Shown here piece by piece: positions 54,366-62,934 of a stretch of DNA of 64,000 bases. The DNA lies in NCBI GenBank assembly GCA_913060525.1, contig CAJXRW010000001.1:289-64288 (forward strand), read 5' to 3'. A program made the translations under genes and the position numbers. The stretch's first letter is position 1. Every line of letters begins with the position of its first letter. Source of the stretch: an uncultured Gammaproteobacteria bacterium. GTDB lineage: Bacteria > Pseudomonadota > Gammaproteobacteria > Francisellales > Francisellaceae. The notes below the pieces were generated by a model that saw nothing but the letters and a program-made list of their open reading frames with translations, ran no database searches and was not told the DNA's origin.

Positions 54366-54695
54366 CTATATAGCTTGCTTTTTCTTTGTTGCGATCATCA
54401 TATTTTTAATAATTGTGTTATATAAATCACCGCCTTTAATTTGATTAATCAGATGCTTTTCAGGTTGGTTATACAGATCATGTAAATATGATACTTCTAT
54501 ATTATCCAGGTTATTTCTTTTCAGGTCATAACACACGGTATAACAGCTATACTTACTTTCTATAAGTATAACACCTTGATAGTTTGGATGATGACATTCA
54601 AAAGTTATCGCACTTTTATCATTAGTTAAATAAAGCATGAAATGCTTATTTTTATTGATCTGGCAGCATAATTCGAATAAGTTTATTTTATTCAT
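54366..54695 (-). CDS. hypothetical protein
   Basis: 109 aa, second gene of the cassette-4 unit. Confidence 0.5.
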   Translation of the reverse strand: MNKINLFELCCQINKNKHFMLYLTNDKSAITFECHHPNYQGVILIESKYSCYTVCYDLKRNNLDNIEVSYLHDLYNQPEKHLINQIKGGDLYNTIIKNMMIATKKKQAI

Positions 54696-54706
54696 TTCGA
54701 TAGCCC

Positions 54707-54925
54707 TTACTTATGATCAGGATTATTTAATTCTCTTATATCATTTATGAGCCTATTTACTCGCTTGTGCAATTGTTTGTATTTCCTAATTGTGTTTTTA
54801 CTCATACTCTGGATTTCTGCTTTCTCAATCGCGTTCTTCAGATCAGAATAAACAAACATAGAACCTTGTTCAGCCTTGATTAAATCCACTGATAAATTAC
54901 TGGCCTGGTTTGCATTCATAGACAT
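54707..54925 (-). CDS. hypothetical small protein, driven by cassette 4
   Basis: 72 aa, helical, with a basic C-terminal half (KYKQLHKRVNRLIN). Confidence 0.5.
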   Translation of the reverse strand: MSMNANQASNLSVDLIKAEQGSMFVYSDLKNAIEKAEIQSMSKNTIRKYKQLHKRVNRLINDIRELNNPDHK

Positions 54926-55050
54926 AATAAATAACTCCGTTTTAGGTTGAAAAACAAGTCGGATAATTCCGTTCTTGTTGATAAGTATTATAACAAAATT
55001 AGCGCAACACTACAATATATTGTAGTGTTATATGTTATCTTTTTAGGATA
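54926..55050 (-). promoter_or_regulatory. repeated promoter/operator/5'-UTR cassette, copy 4
   Basis: Palindrome CACTACAATATATTGTAGTG (55008-55027), -35 TTGTAG, 17-nt spacer, -10 TATAAT. The hairpin stem is changed to ACAAG..CTTGT (54954-54978), which is a compensatory pair change. SD AAACGGAG. Confidence 0.75.
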
Positions 55051-55146
55051 ACTTTTAACTATATTTCATTGCTTTTATGATGTTATCTTTATATAATAAC
55101 ATCAGCTAAGATATTTAGCTGTTAACCTACAACGGAGCTTTAGAAT

Positions 55147-56319
55147 ATGTCACGAGTCGATACAAATATCAAAATTATTAGGTTCATTCAATCCAATGTT
55201 AATTTAAAAGAATATTCTGGTTTTGGTGGATTACACAAAATCATGACTAAAGATCAACACCAGGAGCTAAAGAACATTTTAGGCCCTGATGTATATAAAA
55301 ATGTAATGGCCAGCTGTAAGACTGCCTATTACACACATAAAGATATTATCAGTTTTATTTATCAGTCTTTAGTAAAAATGGGTTTTACTGGTGGCAAGCT
55401 ACTAGAGCCAGCCTGCGGACACGGTGCTTTTATCTTTAATATGCCAAGCAACTTAATCGAAAACTGTATTATCCACGCAGTTGAATTGGATAGATTAAGC
55501 GCAAGAATTACAAAAGCAATTTGCCCTTATGCTAAAATACTAAATCACGGTTTTGAAGCCACTAAATTTAAAGCTAATACTTTTGATGCAATAGTCGGTA
55601 ATCCCCCATATGGTAGCCAGACATTAATTGATAGCCAATTTTCAGATATAAACGGTATGGCCCTGCATCATTTTTTCACGGCTAAAAGTGTGCATCTTTT
55701 GAAAGATAAAGGTGTTATGGCGTTCGTATTACCTCAATACTGCTTTGATAATCTACATGATCACCCTCGTCATATTATGGCGCAGCATGGCTCATTAATT
55801 GCTGCTTTTAGATTACCAGACAACATGTTTGATAATGCAAAAGTAACAATCGATATTGTTTTTTATACCAAACAAAAACTTAACAATATTGCATTTACAG
55901 AAGTTAAAAACATTCAAGTTAAAGGCCATAAATTAAGAATGAATGAATATTACGTTAATCATCCTGAAAACATCCTGGGGGAGCTTGATACTTGCAATAT
56001 GTACGGCCAACGTATCGGCTTAACTGTAAAATCAAGTGATGATAAAGAAACCATTTTTAAGCAGCTGTCACAAAAAATTGATGGTCTGCCTGTATGTATC
56101 GACAACAAGAAAAATACAACTGATTTTGATGTGTTCGCAAGCATTGACCAGGCGTTAGAAAAGCTTAAACAAAAACAAGCAACGCAAAATGAATTACAAG
56201 CCAAACTAACCGATTTTGAAATCGAAAAAATTATTTTCTTAAAACAGGCCCTACTTGAACAAGAAAAAAGCTTTAGAGAGCTACAAAATCAAATCAAAAC
56301 AACCATTAATCAAATTTAA
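55147..56319 (+). CDS. orphan N6-adenine DNA methyltransferase (gamma-type, Eco57I/TaqI-like N6_Mtase)
   Basis: 390 aa. Motif I LLEPACGHGAFIF precedes motif IV IVGNPPYG. Coiled-coil C-terminus. No adjacent restriction endonuclease recognised. Confidence 0.8.
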   Translation: MSRVDTNIKIIRFIQSNVNLKEYSGFGGLHKIMTKDQHQELKNILGPDVYKNVMASCKTAYYTHKDIISFIYQSLVKMGFTGGKLLEPACGHGAFIFNMPSNLIENCIIHAVELDRLSARITKAICPYAKILNHGFEATKFKANTFDAIVGNPPYGSQTLIDSQFSDINGMALHHFFTAKSVHLLKDKGVMAFVLPQYCFDNLHDHPRHIMAQHGSLIAAFRLPDNMFDNAKVTIDIVFYTKQKLNNIAFTEVKNIQVKGHKLRMNEYYVNHPENILGELDTCNMYGQRIGLTVKSSDDKETIFKQLSQKIDGLPVCIDNKKNTTDFDVFASIDQALEKLKQKQATQNELQAKLTDFEIEKIIFLKQALLEQEKSFRELQNQIKTTINQI

Positions 56320-56334
56320 TTAGGAGATGGAAAC

Positions 56335-57243
56335 ATGTTAAGCAAAATTATATTTAATCGACCTGCTCTAAACAATCGCCCTGGCAATGCATCCAGGAGA
56401 GCAATTCGGCTCAAAAATGATAACAATAAAACCATTCAAGTCGGTGATTTACACTTGGATTACAACCGCGCTAAAGATAATAAAAATCTATTTGATAAAT
56501 TATCTGCAGATGGAATTATTCAGTGCCGTGAGTTCTTCAATGTTTATAATCAAACTCGCAGATGCATGCCAAGTGCCAGCAATGCCACTTTCAACGCGCA
56601 AACGATTTACTGGGATGAAAATTTCGCCCATCTTCTTTACGAGGTGGCTGAACTGGCCCAATGCAATGGGATTGATTTTTTACCCAAAGAGGTCATGTTT
56701 GAGTCTTTACTTTCCAAGCTTCAGCAACTTGAAAAGAAATTAGACTTGAGCGAGATATACAAAAAATATGATTTTAATTCCACATATAAAAGGCCGCTCT
56801 TACCCATCAGCTTTGACCAAAAAAAGGCCCTGCTGCAGTCATTTTTGGCGCTCGATGAGGATAAAGATCATTTGATAATGTTATTTAATGATCATATTCA
56901 TGATCAATTTAACATGGGTAAAACCTTTACATATAACATGCTGGAAGAAATCATACGCCAAGGAAGCGATTCAAGTGAATACAGGGGGTTAAAATCGTAT
57001 GTTTTAAGTGCTTGTATTGATGTTATGGATAGCTACGGTGTAAACGCTTGTGAAGAACATTCTCCAGGTATGATTTTTTACTACTGGTACAATGTTCGAC
57101 TTGAGAAGTTTAATGGCCATCAAGCTGTTAAGCGCTTTGTTGCCGAATTTGAGCCAGCCGAGGAATATATGGATCAAGTCTATTTGGCTCTAACAGACAT
57201 TATTAGTAAGCCTATACTGCCAAATCACGTTTTTTTGAAATAG
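56335..57243 (+). CDS. hypothetical protein
   Basis: 302 aa. The long ORF starts 15 nt after the methyltransferase stop, with RBS AGGAGA upstream. No family recognised. Confidence 0.5.
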   Translation: MLSKIIFNRPALNNRPGNASRRAIRLKNDNNKTIQVGDLHLDYNRAKDNKNLFDKLSADGIIQCREFFNVYNQTRRCMPSASNATFNAQTIYWDENFAHLLYEVAELAQCNGIDFLPKEVMFESLLSKLQQLEKKLDLSEIYKKYDFNSTYKRPLLPISFDQKKALLQSFLALDEDKDHLIMLFNDHIHDQFNMGKTFTYNMLEEIIRQGSDSSEYRGLKSYVLSACIDVMDSYGVNACEEHSPGMIFYYWYNVRLEKFNGHQAVKRFVAEFEPAEEYMDQVYLALTDIISKPILPNHVFLK

Positions 57244-57351
57244 AGCCAATGCAACATAAAACCCTGATTGGTTAATACTTAATCTATTGTACATTTTATT
57301 AATTTTAGTCTATAAATAAAGTAGCTTAACTAAAAATCTCAAGGTAATTAA

Positions 57352-57645
57352 ATGTCTGATTCTCTTTCTAAAACTGACTTGGTTAATTGTTTAGTTGAAA
57401 ACTGCAAAGCTTATAGCTCCAAAACAGATGCTAAAAAAGCAATTGATGCGGTGCTTGGCTGTATAGAGAAAAACTTATCGGAAGGTAAAGACATTAATAT
57501 CATTGGTTTTGGGAAATGGGAGCTTAGAAATAGAAAATCAAGACAGGGCCGGAATCCCCAAACTGGACAAGTGGTACAAATAGCAGCATCAAAGACTATT
57601 GGGTTCAAACCGTCATCTAACATCAAGAAACTAATTAATAGCTAA
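57352..57645 (+). CDS. hup: HU/IHF-family nucleoid-associated DNA-binding protein
   Basis: 97 aa. LSKTDLVNCLVE..., IIGFGKWELRNRKSRQGRNPQTGQVVQIAASKTIGFKPS matches the HU beta-arm motif (GFG.F....R..R.GRNP.TG..I.I). Confidence 0.9.
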   Translation: MSDSLSKTDLVNCLVENCKAYSSKTDAKKAIDAVLGCIEKNLSEGKDINIIGFGKWELRNRKSRQGRNPQTGQVVQIAASKTIGFKPSSNIKKLINS

Positions 57646-57718
57646 TCTGATTTTCACAAAAAAACACTACCTATATCTATATCGAATCCCAAATAAACTA
57701 GCTTTTCATTGTCATTAT

Positions 57719-58204
57719 TTGTTCAGACAGTGTAAACAAAGTGCTAACATACTGGCCAAGGTAATGCAAACATTCTGCAAACAATGTACTGTGCTGTTAA
57801 ATACATCCGAGACGGTAAGCTCACCCAAAGTTTTTTTTACAAATCAAAAATCTCAACTACCGATCAAGTTACGAAATGGCATGGTTTATATGCCCTGGGG
57901 AAGATATAAAGGTGAGCCTGGTGGTTTGCCTTTATGCCCTATCATCCCTAAGTACATTATCAATAAAGGTTTATATGATGGGTATTTTCCAAAGCCTGTG
58001 AAAGTGCTTGTGGCTGAATATGGAATAATGGTTAATCGTAGATATGATTGGGTGACCCTGTTTCATCAATCTTGCTTAATGGGTCTTGTTCTGAAAGATG
58101 AATATCTCGATTATAGGGCCTATTTAGTTGGTGAGCGCTACAACTACCGCAATGCATCCATGTTAATGCCAATAAGCTTTTATGATATAAATGCTGCAGA
58201 TTAA
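57719..58204 (+). CDS. hypothetical protein
   Basis: 161 aa from a TTG, or 146 aa from the ATG at 57764. N-terminal CKQC pair. No family recognised. Confidence 0.4.
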   Translation: MFRQCKQSANILAKVMQTFCKQCTVLLNTSETVSSPKVFFTNQKSQLPIKLRNGMVYMPWGRYKGEPGGLPLCPIIPKYIINKGLYDGYFPKPVKVLVAEYGIMVNRRYDWVTLFHQSCLMGLVLKDEYLDYRAYLVGERYNYRNASMLMPISFYDINAAD

Positions 58205-58218
58205 TATCTATTATTTGC

Positions 58219-59148
58219 TTATAAATTATTTAGATTAAATTCGATTTGCTCCTCGTCTGGTAATGAGTAAATCACTGTTGTATCAATAGAACTATGGCCC
58301 ATCAATCCCTGCAGGCTGACAATATCATGATTGCTTGTTGAGTAATAGTTTTTACCAAAGGTGTGGCGCAAGGTGTGTGGTGATATATTTAATCGATCAA
58401 TTTTTGAGCGTGTGGCTAAATTATTCACCATTTTTTGAATGGATCTAACTGATAGTCGCTGCTTGCGCTCAGATAAAAAAAGTGGATCTGCTTCGTTAAA
58501 ACAATCTGGTGCATATTTCTCTCTATAAACCATGTAATCATCTAAGATTTTTCTGAGGCGGCCACTTAGTATTACTTCACGTTCTTTGTTACCTTTGCCA
58601 TGAATAATTAATTTGCCAGACCTTGCATTGACTAGCACATCACCCACATTGAGATCAACCACCTCCCCTACTCTTAGGCCAGCATTTAGCATTAAATATA
58701 AAATAGTGGTGTTGCGATCTTTAATGGTTCGCTTTGTGTCTGCAGCTAACTGTAAGATTAAGTTAATTTCACGCTGAACCATTCCTTTTGGGGCAGTCAC
58801 TGGCTTTTGTCGTTTCAATAACTTTATATTCCTACTAAGATCATTTTTAATTAGGCCCATATCGAATAACCAACCCATAAAATGACGAATCACATGTAAG
58901 TGACGATTAATGGTTGTGACGCGCATTTTCAAACGGTGATACAAATCATCTTTAAATAACTTAATATGGGACTCATTCACCTTGAATAAATCCACCTCTA
59001 AAAACGCAATTAGCTTCCGAATACTGGCCAGATAATTTTTAATGGTGTTTTTTGAATAGTCAGATTGATACAAATACATTTGATACCGATCAATTAAATC
59101 CGCATAATGATTTTTATCCACAACTGGAAAACTTAATAAATCACTCAT
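58219..59148 (-). CDS. tyrosine recombinase XerC/XerD family (candidate plasmid multimer resolvase)
   Basis: 309 aa. Core-binding domain plus catalytic residues AGLRVGEV, HTLRHTFGKNY and MGHSSIDTTVIY. Confidence 0.88.
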   Translation of the reverse strand: MSDLLSFPVVDKNHYADLIDRYQMYLYQSDYSKNTIKNYLASIRKLIAFLEVDLFKVNESHIKLFKDDLYHRLKMRVTTINRHLHVIRHFMGWLFDMGLIKNDLSRNIKLLKRQKPVTAPKGMVQREINLILQLAADTKRTIKDRNTTILYLMLNAGLRVGEVVDLNVGDVLVNARSGKLIIHGKGNKEREVILSGRLRKILDDYMVYREKYAPDCFNEADPLFLSERKQRLSVRSIQKMVNNLATRSKIDRLNISPHTLRHTFGKNYYSTSNHDIVSLQGLMGHSSIDTTVIYSLPDEEQIEFNLNNL

Positions 59149-59249
59149 AATTGTTTATACGCCATGTAGGTATAGCCACTAATTTCTGACATTTAATTGT
59201 AACTGACATTTAACTTTGGCCTGTTTCTGACATTTAAGAATGGCACGAT

Positions 59250-60767
59250 TTATATGCAACTTTCTATGAGGTTCTGGATAATCTCTTCTGCTTTTTTAAA
59301 AGCTGACTCTTTATCAACTTTTATCTCAACTCCTATGATTTTCTCAACAACTTCAACAAGGTTTTCAGCGTGTATATTTAATTCAATAGCCCCAGAGACA
59401 TTTTCATCATTATCTTTACAATACACTATTCCTCTAAAGTATTCAGGCTCCCCTCCATGCCGCCACTGGTCACACTTATAGGTCAATATTCTTGCCGGCT
59501 CAAATGGTTTTATTGGTTTCCAATAAAATTGGTTTGCATCTCTATTATTATCTGTATGCCGAATTGGATATATTGGTGGTATTGTATTTATTTCTAGAGC
59601 TTTGAGCCCCATATTCATAGACACTCTATCTTGTAGGGTTTTCATTAAAATTGTAGAACCTAGCATTTGTGTGGCTTGAACAGTCCATTTTCCTTGTGGT
59701 GGTTTTGGTGGACTGGGCAATATAGGTAATTCAATATCCGTATTCCCACTTTCTGTATTTTCTTCAGGCATTATCAATAAATCACCTTTAGCAATTATAT
59801 TTACCAAAACATCTTTCCCTGGATAAGTACCTATATTTCTAACGTCGAAACAAAACTCGAGGCCAAAAGTATTCTTATTTAAATTATTGTCTAGGTTAGC
59901 TAGTATTGTTTTACAACCTTCTATCCATTCTGGATATTCTTCCTGTTTATATTTTTGGATTTTATCTTCTGGTGCTGAATGATAAACTTTTCCTGCATGT
60001 AGGATATTTCTATATGCAGATCCAATAATTCTTTTTTCAAGAACATTTTTCTCCCTATCAAAATCTGATTCCATAGGAAAGTGAATTTTTAACCTATTGA
60101 TCAAGTCATTAATTTCATCAGTGGATAGTGGTAAATACTCCACATGCTGATGAACTATTTTTGCAATTTCATTTTTATTTTTATCGATGCATACGATAGA
60201 TGGTTTAAGCTTAGTGTCTTTAAGCTTGTTAATTTCTTTGAGAAGTTTATTATTCTCTTTTTCAAGCTCTGAAGATTCAGGTTCTAATAACCATTCATCA
60301 GGGATTTGGTCAAATTTCACATCAACAGTCTTAGCTGATACCATTGGTCCAGTATCATTAGTAAGGATTCTAATTTCGCTTTCTGGGAAATCATTTTTGT
60401 ACGAACAAATTGTGCCAATAATTTGATCATCTTTTTCGTTATAGTCCAGCATACCTGCCTGACTTGGGTCAGGCCTATATTTTGGTAAAAGCATTAACTT
60501 AACCAATTGGCTATCATTTTTTATTATTTTATCACCATTAATAATAATATCTTTTATATCAGCAGATGTTGATTTTGCTCGTTTTTGAATTCTTCCTCGA
60601 GCTGAATCTTTTAATGTATCTATTTCTCTCTGTACAGCTCTACATATTATCAAATTTATTTCTGAAAAATCTGACCATTGTGACCAATCAAGTTGCGTCA
60701 AAGACTTACATTGTATAAATATATTTGTATCTACAAACAAATATATGGAACCCTTACTCATTACCAT
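59250..60767 (-). CDS. PIN-like-domain protein with large unknown C-terminal region
   Basis: 505 aa. N-terminal IYLFVDTNIFIQC ... QREIDTLK ... ILTNDTGPM gives the acidic residue pattern of PIN/PIN-like nucleases. Then a coiled-coil, followed by ~300 aa with no recognised domain. Confidence 0.55.
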   Translation of the reverse strand: MVMSKGSIYLFVDTNIFIQCKSLTQLDWSQWSDFSEINLIICRAVQREIDTLKDSARGRIQKRAKSTSADIKDIIINGDKIIKNDSQLVKLMLLPKYRPDPSQAGMLDYNEKDDQIIGTICSYKNDFPESEIRILTNDTGPMVSAKTVDVKFDQIPDEWLLEPESSELEKENNKLLKEINKLKDTKLKPSIVCIDKNKNEIAKIVHQHVEYLPLSTDEINDLINRLKIHFPMESDFDREKNVLEKRIIGSAYRNILHAGKVYHSAPEDKIQKYKQEEYPEWIEGCKTILANLDNNLNKNTFGLEFCFDVRNIGTYPGKDVLVNIIAKGDLLIMPEENTESGNTDIELPILPSPPKPPQGKWTVQATQMLGSTILMKTLQDRVSMNMGLKALEINTIPPIYPIRHTDNNRDANQFYWKPIKPFEPARILTYKCDQWRHGGEPEYFRGIVYCKDNDENVSGAIELNIHAENLVEVVEKIIGVEIKVDKESAFKKAEEIIQNLIESCI

Positions 60768-61300
60768 TTCCTTGTAAATTCATCCACTACATGCTCATCT
60801 GTAAAATTAAGGTATATAGATGTAGTTGTTAGCCTATCGTGACCTAGTATTTTTTGTACTGTTGCTAATGATATGCCTTTTTGTAAAGCGAGCGTTGCAA
60901 AAGTATGTCTTAATATATGTGGTGTAATGGTTTGAGATATTTGAGCTTTGTTTGCAACATTTTTAACAATCTTTTGTACTTGTCTAGCACCAACTGGCCA
61001 TTTATCATGAATAGCAAAATAATGTTCAAGAAGTGTTTGAACTCTTTTTGACATGGGGACAACTCGTTTCTTAGTCTTCTTGCCATGTGGTCCACCTTTA
61101 CCATTTACTCTAATGGATTTTTGTTGCCACATAATATTTTGTGGTGTGAGACTACATAATTCTGAAACTCTTAGTCCTGTATCAACCAAAGTCCAAATAA
61201 TTAATTTTTCCTGGGCAGTTTCACAAACCTGACATATCTTATCTGCTTCTTCTGCTCTAAGAGGCTCTCTAATAAATTGATAAGCCATTTTTAATACCAC
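60761..61300 (-). CDS. short tyrosine recombinase (catalytic domain only)
   Basis: 179 aa. TGLRVSELCSL, HILRHTFATLAL, LGHDRLTTTSIY. Lacks the usual N-terminal core-binding domain. Its 3' end overlaps the PIN-like gene by 7 nt. Confidence 0.8.
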   Translation of the reverse strand: MVLKMAYQFIREPLRAEEADKICQVCETAQEKLIIWTLVDTGLRVSELCSLTPQNIMWQQKSIRVNGKGGPHGKKTKKRVVPMSKRVQTLLEHYFAIHDKWPVGARQVQKIVKNVANKAQISQTITPHILRHTFATLALQKGISLATVQKILGHDRLTTTSIYLNFTDEHVVDEFTRKW

Positions 61301-61306
61301 CTTGCA

Positions 61307-61482
61307 ATAAGTTCGCTTTGTACTAAATTTAACGATAATAGTTCGCTTTACATGGATTTAACCATGATCATCAAAAACAGTCTACCAAATACCATTTTTA
61401 CTGACATGTTGGGCAATCATGTTTTTATTTATGAGAGCAATCAAATTTATGGTAGTTCGCAATATTATGCGGAAGGCGAACT
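61307..61482. promoter_or_regulatory. candidate recombination (res-like) site / divergent promoter region with four TAGTTCGC motifs
   Basis: Direct copies AAGTTCGCTTTG (61309-61320) and TAGTTCGCTTTA (61339-61350) are spaced 30 bp apart. An inverted pair AGTTCGC (61454-61460) / GCGAACT (61476-61482) is separated by 15 bp. Lies between the recombinase and transposase genes. Confidence 0.4.
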
Positions 61483-61500
61483 TGGAAATAGATTTTTAGA

Positions 61501-62934
61501 ATGGCTATAAAATCAGCATTAGAAAAATATGCTATCATAAAACCCTATCTTGATGATGTATCCTCAATTGTATCGATAAGCAAAAATAATGGGATATCAT
61601 TAAGGACATTAAATCGCTGGATCAATGGATATCGAAATAATGGACTAGATGGTATCGTACCAAAAAACAACCTCCCCAGGAAAAAGAAAATAGATGAAGA
61701 AGTAAAACAGTTAATCCAAGGGCTTTGGCTAAAAGGGGAATGCAAATCAATAGCCTCTCTCCATAGGCAACTGAAAAATTATTGTGAGATTAAAAAAATT
61801 AATCTTCCAAGTTACTCCGTAACAAGAGATATCGTTAAACAAATACCAAAACCATTAAAATATTTAGCTTCTGAAGGCACTAAAAAATATCAGGAAAAAT
61901 ATGACATCATTTATATTAGAGAAGCTGAAAGATCAAACCATATCTGGCAAGCTGACCATACAATGTTGGATATTATTATAACAGGTCCAAAAGGAAAGCT
62001 AATTAGGCCGTGGCTGACTGTTATTCAGGATGATTTTAGTAGAGGAGTTCCTGGTTATTACCTAAGTATTTCCGCACCAAGCTCACAAAATACTGCTTTA
62101 GCACTTAAGCAAGCAATATGGCGCAAATCTGAATCTAACTGGATTATTTTCGGAATACCTGAAATTTTATATACCGATCATGGCTGCGATTTTACCTCTT
62201 CGCATATTGAAGAGGCATGTGCCGCACTCAAAATTCAGCTCATTTATTCAACTGTTGGAAAGCCCCAAGGACGAGGTAAGATTGAGAGGCTCTTTTTAAC
62301 CATTAATCAGAAAGTGTTATGTGATCTTAAAGGTTATACAAAAACAAAGAAGAAAAATAAAAATCAAAAAACCATGACATTTGAAGAGTTAGATTTAAGG
62401 TTGAAGCATTTTTTCTTAAATGAATATAACAATGTTGAACACTCTGTAACGAAAGAAATACCAAATGAAAAATGGCGTTCAGAATCTTTTATCCCCAATA
62501 TTACAAGTTCACTTGAGGAGCTAGACATACTTCTTCTGATGGCTAATAAACCAAGATTAGTGCAAAGAGATGGAATAAGTTTCATGGGCTTTCGTTATAT
62601 GAACATTACTCTTTGTGGATATGTTGGTGAAAGCGTCATCATAAAATATGATCCAAGAGACTTAGCTGAAATCAGGGTTTACCACAATAATAAGTATATT
62701 TGTACCGCTGTTTCCCAAGACCTTGAATCGCATCAAATTAGCGCACAAGACATTATTAAGGCTAGAAATAAAAAACGTAAAGAATTAAATAAACTCATAA
62801 AGTCTAAGACTTCAATTATTGACAGTATTACCAAGCCTAGAAATACGATTGATAATTCCATCTCTATTGAAATAAAAGAAAGCGCTTGTACTGAAAAAAC
62901 AAAAATAAAGCTAAAAAAATATGAAAATGAATAG
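61501..62934 (+). CDS. DDE transposase, TniA / Tn552 p480 / TnsB-like (rve integrase core)
   Basis: 477 aa. N-terminal HTH (ISLRTLNRWINGYR) and a DDE triad context: IWQADHTMLD, ILYTDHGCDF, GRGKIERLF. Confidence 0.88.
   Translation: MAIKSALEKYAIIKPYLDDVSSIVSISKNNGISLRTLNRWINGYRNNGLDGIVPKNNLPRKKKIDEEVKQLIQGLWLKGECKSIASLHRQLKNYCEIKKINLPSYSVTRDIVKQIPKPLKYLASEGTKKYQEKYDIIYIREAERSNHIWQADHTMLDIIITGPKGKLIRPWLTVIQDDFSRGVPGYYLSISAPSSQNTALALKQAIWRKSESNWIIFGIPEILYTDHGCDFTSSHIEEACAALKIQLIYSTVGKPQGRGKIERLFLTINQKVLCDLKGYTKTKKKNKNQKTMTFEELDLRLKHFFLNEYNNVEHSVTKEIPNEKWRSESFIPNITSSLEELDILLLMANKPRLVQRDGISFMGFRYMNITLCGYVGESVIIKYDPRDLAEIRVYHNNKYICTAVSQDLESHQISAQDIIKARNKKRKELNKLIKSKTSIIDSITKPRNTIDNSISIEIKESACTEKTKIKLKKYENE

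Noticed and set aside
52605-55050. Could the four repeated ~110-bp units be a CRISPR array or a satellite?
   Set aside because: The repeats are 700-900 bp apart and the intervening DNA is protein-coding. Each repeat has promoter, SD and start-codon geometry. No cas genes are in the window.
52605-55050. Frpo/ssi-type single-strand promoters, or CsrA-binding leaders, as explanations for the cassettes.
   Set aside because: The palindrome covers only the -35 element, so a ssDNA hairpin would not reconstitute a full -35/-10 duplex as in Frpo. The GGA of the upstream element lies mostly in the stem rather than the loop, no csrA-like gene is in the window, and the loop sequence is not conserved. 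Both ideas remain testable but are not supported by what I can see.
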